Source of the DNA: Fistulifera solaris
Taxonomy: Eukaryota
Direction of reading: 5' to 3'
Assembly (NCBI GenBank): GCA_030295235.1
Contig: AP026162.1
Location: forward strand, 744,001-808,000
Length of the DNA stretch: 64,000 nucleotides
The notes beneath the pieces are model-generated. The model saw nothing but the letters and a program-made list of their open reading frames with translations. It did no database searches and was not told the origin of the DNA. The translations under genes were made by a program, and so were the position numbers. Positions 57,148-64,000 of the stretch are shown in pieces. Position 1 is the stretch's first letter. Each line of letters starts with the position of its first letter.

Positions 57148-59187
57148 ATGAGTCTCTTCAACATGCCAACATCTACCTGTTCAAGAGCCGAAATCGAGAA
57201 AGAAGTTCGGAGCTTATTTCAAAGCATCAAACAAAAAAGACGTCACCAGAAAAGCGTAGATTTGGAGCGAAAACTGAAATGGAATGAAAATGATAGTAAC
57301 AACTACCTGCATCCCAGCGACAATCGACCAATACAAATCATTCGTCGAACACCAGCTCCGAGCAACGGCCGTCCACCCAAACATTTCACTACCCTGCATT
57401 ACGAAGGAGAGCCATCGCGTGTCACGGCGGCAACTCCCACGAGATTGCCCCTGGTCGAACCGTTGCCCAAAAACATTCTACATGCACCCATCAGTCGTTA
57501 CAACTGCTCTTCTATGATCGTAGATCCCGTATTCATTCCGTATTTGGGCGACGACAAAGTAGATCATACTTCCTTCCTTTCGGAGCAGGAATTGGAGATT
57601 CGGATCAAAGCGACAGACGAAGGTCCGCCGATGGTTCGCGACGAAATGAATTCCATTGTCGATCAGGTTCTTTTGGAGTGTTCGGTCGTCAAAGGGGTGG
57701 CTGTGTGGGAACATGCTGAGACGACGGAGTATGTTCTTTCGGTACTCGTACAATGTGCTTGTCTCAAGCGAGCACGCATTCAAGAGCGGTATGAAGCGAC
57801 GATTCTTCCGCTACATTTACCACAACTAGCACAAAACAACTCCCTCACTCAGCCAGATACGGCGCGATCAAATGCGAATTATGATAGTAATCTCATCAAT
57901 ACACTGCAAATGGACGTGTGCGGAGAATGTGTCAACGAAGAACGAGCCGTAGACAACCAATTGGATGCCAAATACCTGCAAGATATGGACTCCTATCGCG
58001 CACTCTTCTGTCGAAGATGCCTTACCTACTGTTGCTCCATACATGGTATAGAGTCCAAGCCCAGCTTGGAGTTGCAACAGAACATTTTCCAAGAAATGGA
58101 TGAATCGAATTATTTTCCTTCTTTGGGCATTGAATTAATAGATACCGACATTCGTTTTGATGAAGTTGAAGAACTTTCCGCTTTTCAGAAGACAATGTGC
58201 AAACGAGCTTTTCTCATGTGTAATGGGGAGTACAAGCGCATTTCGCTGTTGCTGGGTGCGCCCGAGCACTTGATCCGAGCGTTTGTCCGTGAACACAATT
58301 TACAGCTTCCACCGAAGAGAGACACAACTGCGGTCAAGCTACGAGCCAACACAATCAAGTATTATTCAGTGAAGAATTACAATCAAAAGTGGTACAATGC
58401 GACCAAGGATGCTGAGATTCATCCATTTTTTACTCCGTGCTGTCACGAAGAAATGTGTTCCGAGGAGAACTGCAGTTGTATCCAAAATCGATTCTTTTGC
58501 ACCCCGGCCTGTTGCTGGGGCGCAGCGAGTCCCAACTTCTTTCGAGGTTGTGGATGTAAGGGTAGCTGCAATGCTAGTAATTGTACGTGCTTCGCGGCGC
58601 ATAGAGAATGTGATCCCGAATTGTGTTCATGTCGCACTTGCTCCGATCCACCCGATAGACCAGCATCGAAGCAGGTTTGCCGCAATGACAACATACGAAT
58701 GCGTCGACATGCCCATTTGCTAATAGCCCCGTCGGCTGTTTCGGGATGGGGGTGCTTCACAAAGTATGCTCTGAAGAAAGGTGAATTTATACACGAATAT
58801 GTCGGGGAACTCATTACTCAAGAAGTCGCAGAAAAGCGTGGTCAGTTTGACGATGCCAAGAATCGTAGCTATCTTTTCAACTTGACGTCCGATTACGTAC
58901 TCGACGCGTGTCGGACTGGAAACAAAACCCGATTTATCAATCACTCGGACAAGCCAAATGTCAAAACAAGAAACGTATTTGTCAATGGTGATCAGCACAT
59001 TGCAATGTTCGCACTTGAACACATTGATGCCGAAGAGGAGCTCTTTGTCGACTATCGCTATAACGTGTCCATGAGCAATGATCTCATCGAAAAAGCAAAG
59101 TTTGAACCGGAGTGGCTTTCAAATAGTGGACAGGTGCCATCGCCAAAGAAAACCAAGCACGGTAAACGCAAGCGGGGTAAACGATAA
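57148..59187 (+). CDS. EZH: Enhancer of zeste, PRC2 H3K27 methyltransferase
   Basis: FIPYLGD (SAL-like), MCSS LFCRRCLTYCCSIHG, CXC domain (..FFRGCGC..CTCFAAHRECDPELC..CRN) and SET motifs GWG, EYVGE, SYLFNL, GNKTRFINHS and ELFVDY. Confidence 0.93.
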   Translation: MSLFNMPTSTCSRAEIEKEVRSLFQSIKQKRRHQKSVDLERKLKWNENDSNNYLHPSDNRPIQIIRRTPAPSNGRPPKHFTTLHYEGEPSRVTAATPTRLPLVEPLPKNILHAPISRYNCSSMIVDPVFIPYLGDDKVDHTSFLSEQELEIRIKATDEGPPMVRDEMNSIVDQVLLECSVVKGVAVWEHAETTEYVLSVLVQCACLKRARIQERYEATILPLHLPQLAQNNSLTQPDTARSNANYDSNLINTLQMDVCGECVNEERAVDNQLDAKYLQDMDSYRALFCRRCLTYCCSIHGIESKPSLELQQNIFQEMDESNYFPSLGIELIDTDIRFDEVEELSAFQKTMCKRAFLMCNGEYKRISLLLGAPEHLIRAFVREHNLQLPPKRDTTAVKLRANTIKYYSVKNYNQKWYNATKDAEIHPFFTPCCHEEMCSEENCSCIQNRFFCTPACCWGAASPNFFRGCGCKGSCNASNCTCFAAHRECDPELCSCRTCSDPPDRPASKQVCRNDNIRMRRHAHLLIAPSAVSGWGCFTKYALKKGEFIHEYVGELITQEVAEKRGQFDDAKNRSYLFNLTSDYVLDACRTGNKTRFINHSDKPNVKTRNVFVNGDQHIAMFALEHIDAEEELFVDYRYNVSMSNDLIEKAKFEPEWLSNSGQVPSPKKTKHGKRKRGKR

Positions 59188-59243
59188 ATATCGACAACTG
59201 AAATACAATTTCTTTTTTATATGCTCCGATAATTCTTTGAACT

Positions 59244-60902
59244 TTACATCGCGCTAAAATCGTAATCTTCAGCAGAGGCAAGGCCGTGTTGGACGTCCTC
59301 GTCCTCTTCCATCTCCGAATCATCAGACATTTCATCGTTGGAGCTGCTTTCGTCCCCATTCGAAAAGAACTGAATGGCGTCTTTAGAAGCTTCACCCATT
59401 TCAATTGTCTTTCCCGCATCTTCGAGCTTTACAAAATCCATTTCATCCATTTCACCGAGATGGTTTAAAACCTCAGCGTCAAATTTCGAAAGATCAAATT
59501 CAGTGGTAAACTTTGAGATGATCTGAGCATCATTTGCTCTTTCCGGTCCAGAGTCCTTTGGCGGCACAGTGTAAAATGGAATTTTCCCATGGTTCCAATC
59601 CTTTAGCACAGCTCGCGCAGCCGCAACTTTATCAGGAATTCCCCCTTTCAAGACACGCCCGAACGATCGTGCAACCATGGCCAAGAACATCATTACATCA
59701 CCCGGTGGAAACGCGGGGATGCTATACGTCATGAGCAAGCTCTCGTGGTTGCAACGCTGAAGCAAGGCTGCAACCGCTGGTATAGGATCTTCTATGGATT
59801 CAGCGTCTACGCAGTTTCCTAGCATCGCCGAGCGGTCATCAAAAACAACGCCAGGGCTATCCAAGAGGCGTACGTTGCGGTCAAGAACAACTTCTTGCAT
59901 CGAAGTCGTAAAACCGGGACGAGGGCTCACACCCACGGACCTTGTTCTTTTCAAAGCGTTGATAATGCTACTCTTTCCAACATTTGGGTATCCGATAATA
60001 CCAACAACAATCGTCGTCTTTGATTTTCCACCCGTTCCTCCGGTGCGAGCGTAGTTCTTTAGTAACTGGAGTAAACCATCCATACCCAGAACCGTTGCTG
60101 AATTCGCCGACGCCGCTTCATCTTCGATCGTAGTCGAACCCCAAACGCTACTCGCTTTGATGGCTATCGTCGGATGAGACCGCCTCAAATATGTTAGCCA
60201 GCTTCCAACTACTTCTTTGGGAACTAGATCGATTTTATTGAGTACCAAAACCATTCTTTTATCGGAGTGCGAAAGAATAGCATCTTCGACGGATGGATGA
60301 ATGCGTGACCCAAGAGGATCGCGGGCATCAAGAACTTGTAGCAGCACGTCAGCTGTGTCGACGACCTTTTTAGTTCTCGTAAATACTGCAAAGTAGAGAC
60401 AAAAGTATTTGTAAGATGAATGCGTATGCATAGCCGGTAAAGTGGTGTCAAAAGTACGTACGGCACGTCGTGATTGCTGGCCGGCCGCGACCGTTCCGTC
60501 ACTCTTTTGTTTCGCCATTTGTCCTCGACCCTCTTTTGCCTCAAAATTTGCTTTATCTTGATTGGCTTGATCCATTAGCTCTTGTACGGTTCTGGCTGTT
60601 CCGCCTTGCTCCTGATGAGCCCTGAGGGCACGAAGGTCGGATTTTCTACGTTCTTTCGTTTCCGCTTGCAGCTGTTGTTGTCTCTCACGCTGTCGCTGAA
60701 TCTCCTTGAGTAGATCCTGCTTGAAAGGCCAAGAGTTGGGAATGCCTGGATCCTTCTTTGACTTCCCATGCCGAATAACTCCATTCGCAGCATCTTGCTT
60801 ACTCTGCTTCTTGCGTTTCCGGTGCGTTTCGAGCGTTCTCTTCTGAATCTTGTACTTGTCTTGCAGCGTTGTACGCTTTGACTTGCCCTTCTTTTTCACC
60901 AT
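59244..60902 (-). CDS. GNL3: GNL3/nucleostemin/Nug1 circularly permuted GTPase; intron 60386-60461 masked by a compensating indel at ~60370
   Basis: Basic N-terminus and KKDPGIPNSWPFK, VLDARDPLG, LNKIDL, GYPNVGKSS and LDSPG. Splicing plus one A restores SRRA-YLRELKKVV. Confidence 0.95.
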   Translation of the reverse strand: MVKKKGKSKRTTLQDKYKIQKRTLETHRKRKKQSKQDAANGVIRHGKSKKDPGIPNSWPFKQDLLKEIQRQRERQQQLQAETKERRKSDLRALRAHQEQGGTARTVQELMDQANQDKANFEAKEGRGQMAKQKSDGTVAAGQQSRRAVRTFDTTLPAMHTHSSYKYFCLYFAVFTRTKKVVDTADVLLQVLDARDPLGSRIHPSVEDAILSHSDKRMVLVLNKIDLVPKEVVGSWLTYLRRSHPTIAIKASSVWGSTTIEDEAASANSATVLGMDGLLQLLKNYARTGGTGGKSKTTIVVGIIGYPNVGKSSIINALKRTRSVGVSPRPGFTTSMQEVVLDRNVRLLDSPGVVFDDRSAMLGNCVDAESIEDPIPAVAALLQRCNHESLLMTYSIPAFPPGDVMMFLAMVARSFGRVLKGGIPDKVAAARAVLKDWNHGKIPFYTVPPKDSGPERANDAQIISKFTTEFDLSKFDAEVLNHLGEMDEMDFVKLEDAGKTIEMGEASKDAIQFFSNGDESSSNDEMSDDSEMEEDEDVQHGLASAEDYDFSAM

Positions 60903-61402
60903 GTTTTACAGTCACGAAGTTTTTATAGTCAAACAAAGTTTGCGACAAGGATTGTGTCGTTGATAAACGAAAGAATATCGCTTGCAAGGTGCTCGAGTGC
61001 GGAGCTGTAAAAAAAAAGATGGTTGGTTGCGTTGCAAGAAACCCAGCTTGTGTTGGTGTGAAGCGCAGACGTCGCGTTCGTTGTCCGTTGAGAATGGATC
61101 ACGCCTAAGTAACTCTGTTAATGTCTTAAGTAAAAAGTTGCGACTTTTAAATAGAGATTTCTACTCCGCTAAGAACTCTTATTCGTCTTAACGATACTTA
61201 GCAGAACCATATTTCCGTTGAGCCTGGGGTGAATTTTTGTACGTTGCAATAAGATGCCACGTCGTACTACTCTAAGCAGTAGAGTCACTAAATACTGTCG
61301 CGATTTCTGAATACCACGTCACACCTTTACTATGTCATTATGATGTCCCGAAAGGTAAGCAATAAGAAAATCAGGGACAAACTATGATGATCACCCTTTG
61401 AT

Positions 61403-62351
61403 TTAGACAGCGACAAACTCAGGCTTTTGAACAAAGTTGATAATGCGACTAAACTTCGACGCATCTAGAGAGGCTCCTCCGACAAGCGATCCGTCAATAT
61501 CTGGTTTGGCCATGAGCCCATCGACTGATTCGGGTGTGACGCTTCCTCCATACAGGATGCGAGTCTCGTCGGCAATTTCTTTGCCGTACATTTCAGCCAG
61601 GATGCCACGGCACATCGCATGAACCTCTTGTGCGATTTCAGGAGTGGCAACTTTGCCCGTTCCGATAGCCCAGACTGGTTCATACGCAATCACAACCTTA
61701 TCCATGTCCTCTGGTGCAATTCCCGCCAAACCTTTCTTTAGTTGGACCTCGCAAACAGCACTGGCCAGATTTTGCTCAAATTCTGCTTCCGTTTCGCCGA
61801 CGCATAGTACAACGTTCATCCCGAGACTAATGAGTAGTCGGCATTGTTTATTTATGTATTCATCGGTTTCTTTGAAAATAATTCGGCGTTCTGAGTGACC
61901 TGCTAGTGACCACTGAATGCCCATACTTTGGAGCATAAGGGGCGAAATTGCTCCAGTAAATGCCCCATACGTCTCGGGTGTGATCATCTTTATTTGATAA
62001 AAGCATTTGAGATCCTTTCATTCGAAATAGAACGTCGCATGACTTTCGACTTACCTCGGCGCCAACCGAAATCTTGTCGCCGACTGCGCTTTGGACTGCC
62101 TCAATGAAAGGAAAAGGAACGAATAATGAAACATCTCCTGGAGATCCTGGGGAAACCGATGCAGCAATATCTGTCGCCAACTTCACCGCCTCCGCCTTTG
62201 TTTCCGGATTCAATTTCCAATTTCCGGCAATAAATGGTTTCCGATTGGCTAGTAACTCCATCGGTAGCCGGAAGGCGTCATTCTTCGGCATAAAAGCCTG
62301 AGATTGGCCAGCAAGAAGCAATAGTGATAGTGATCCGCAATAAAATTTCAT
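61403..62351 (-). CDS. TPI: Plastid-targeted triosephosphate isomerase; intron 61988-62054
   Basis: FIAGNWK, GHSERR, AYEPVWAIGTG, YGGSV and LVGGASL. The signal peptide ends SQA-F, an ASAFAP-type bipartite leader. Confidence 0.96.
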
Positions 62352-62826
62352 TGTTTACGGTAAATGTTTCAATTTCCGATGAATGACAACAGGAGAACCT
62401 TGAGTGGTTTGAATCTCTTTCTTGTTCGAGTTCGGCTCGAAAGGCCGACGAAGGTGAGAAGGGAATGCAATGATGACGTGTGACCAGTGACGCAGGCGTG
62501 TAGTGATTTGTACTCTTGAGATCACAGTGACGTCAAATCCAAGTTGTTGCTGTCCGTCCGTCGGACAAACTTCTTCTCCTCCGCTCCGTTCTCCCTCCGC
62601 CGCCTGTGCGCCGGTCACGACCATGGCGCCATGGTGGATGAACAAAAAACATAAAGCGTGAAACGCAAGAGCACTATTTTTTGCTCGTGTCAATGCTTTT
62701 GCAACCGTCAATATCACAATTGATTCATGTCTTAAGGCGGAACAGATGAGCAAGGGTCTCCTGTGCTCGTAATCGGTTCAGTTATTATATTGTTGCGTCT
62801 CGCTGTCGAGAAATACTCAGCAAACG

Positions 62827-63171
62827 ATGGCGTACGCATCGCGCGGTCGCACTATGGCCGAAGTCGTTTTGGCTGCCATATTCGTCGGCTTTTTAACTGG
62901 CTTTGTTGCTGTACTTTGCATTGGAAATTACTTTCGGGCCAAACGAGCAATGGAACGACAGCGGCAGCGTCGATTGGCTTATCTGGCCGCGGGTGGTACT
63001 TTCGATTCACCTCGCAGTAACTATTCGTCGTCCGGAGCGTCGTCCACTGGCGGCGAGCAACAAATGCTTCTAACAAGGCAACAAATGGGGGATCGACGAA
63101 AACGCGGAGACGAAGATTTGCTTATTTTCAACGAGAATTCCAGACCCGCAATGAATCTCATCCGGGTATGA
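62827..63171 (+). CDS. Small single-TM hypothetical protein
   Basis: 114-aa ATG ORF with a hydrophobic helix followed by a basic stretch (RAKRAMERQRQRR). The stop is followed by AT-rich 3' sequence. Confidence 0.5.
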   Translation: MAYASRGRTMAEVVLAAIFVGFLTGFVAVLCIGNYFRAKRAMERQRQRRLAYLAAGGTFDSPRSNYSSSGASSTGGEQQMLLTRQQMGDRRKRGDEDLLIFNENSRPAMNLIRV

Positions 63172-63270
63172 CGTGTCACATTTTCAAATAATATCATATC
63201 ACACAAATTTGAAAAGCTAATTTTACTAGAATGATAAGAAGATGCATGTCACATCTCTCGTTCCGCGCGA

Positions 63271-64000
63271 CTACATCATCGAGTCACCGGCAAAGGGAGG
63301 GCATCGATCACTCTTAAAGTAACGCTCCAAATTGGGACGATCTTTCATCCAAAGGTAATATTCTTTCAAGGCAGGAACTTCGCATTTATCCCATGCCATA
63401 TCATAGAACTCTGTATTGAATTGAACAACCGATGCATCAAGAACGTGGAACAAAGCAAAGTCGGCGTCTGAAGTGAAAATGACTGTTTAAGTTGACCTGT
63501 TAAAACACAACGCAAAGAAGAAGACCATAACGACACGTACATGTTACATGGTCTCCTCCAGCTACTGGCTTGTGAGAACCACTTTTCTTCACAACTTTGT
63601 TGAAGTGATGAAGATAGATGGGCATCCGCTTCTTGGAAAATTCCTTCGAAGCCTTGTCGCCTTCTTCCTTCTGGTCTTTATACGACATCTTGTCTTCAAC
63701 GGGATGAAAGCTGCGACGTCCTTCCGATATATAGTCCAAGGCATTGAGCATAATACAATCAGCTCGAGCTCGTTCCGCGGCCGATTTCGGTGCATATCCA
63801 AGGTTCTCCCCAAGATAGACCAGACAAGCGGCAACTTGATTGACGATTACTTCGTCTCCCTGCGCGGGACGATGCCAGATCGCCGGAGGGAACAGCAACG
63901 GAAAGGGTGCTACGTCCTGATCGACATCTTCCGGTGTGCCGCGAAACATGTCCATGACGCCCGTGGGTCCGTACAAATTGTCGGAACTATTTTCGTACTC
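63271..64000 (-). CDS. Glutathione S-transferase (5' part outside the window); intron 63468-63540
   Basis: FPPAI (cis-Pro), NQVAACLVYLGE..GYAP, spliced VT-YADFALFHVLD (N-capping motif) and RPNLERYFKS. Confidence 0.88.

Noticed and set aside
21739..60371. Programmed ribosomal frameshifting or mass pseudogenisation
   Set aside because: Shifts go in both directions at arbitrary homopolymers with no common slippery motif. Essential genes are otherwise intact, with no in-frame stops.
60386..60461. Apparent 25-aa insertion (VRTFDTT...YFAVFTRT) in GNL3
   Set aside because: It is a GT-AG intron read through because of a compensating 1-nt deletion.
62620..62635. Perfect 16-bp palindrome accatggcgccatggt
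   Set aside because: About one such palindrome is expected by chance in 64 kb.
1516..63834. Numerous 60-200-aa antisense or nested ORFs in the track
   Set aside because: They are shadows of the real genes and show no independent motifs.

Overview
This is a gene-dense eukaryotic nuclear window, almost certainly from a diatom. The evidence is short GT-AG introns (mostly 60-100 bp), a bipartite signal/plastid leader on triosephosphate isomerase, and compact convergent gene pairs. It holds about 27 protein genes: ataxin-3-UBX, TBC1D23-like, a GT60 GlcNAc-transferase, a bacterial-type DUF6544-like protein, V-ATPase subunit e, two long disordered proteins, a TEY MAPK, GRF-RecQ, a tandem-GAF/CCCH-repeat protein, a PX sorting nexin, CSN4, AK3, ABHD17, a thylakoid-lumen candidate, PRA1, HDAC1, a KA1-like protein, a SMYD methyltransferase, a J-protein, LAS1, E(z), GNL3/Nug1, plastid TPI, a partial GST and several unknowns. 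Many genes are split by single-base indels at homopolymer runs, most likely assembly errors; the gene models below were repaired by hand. Four non-genic signals stand out. (1) A ~253-bp poly(A)-tailed insertion cuts the post-SET zinc motif off the SMYD gene and might be spliceable. (2) A 34/68-bp higher-order array of CCAG-N5-CTGG palindromes lies between the sorting nexin and CSN4. (3) A 224-bp tandem triplication fills the LAS1/E(z) bidirectional promoter, and its ACGT module recurs upstream of HDAC1. (4) A palindromic GACTG-N5-CAGTC element is dispersed across several intergenic regions. No rRNA, tRNA, CRISPR array or autonomous transposon was recognised. All family assignments are from motif recognition by eye, not database searches.
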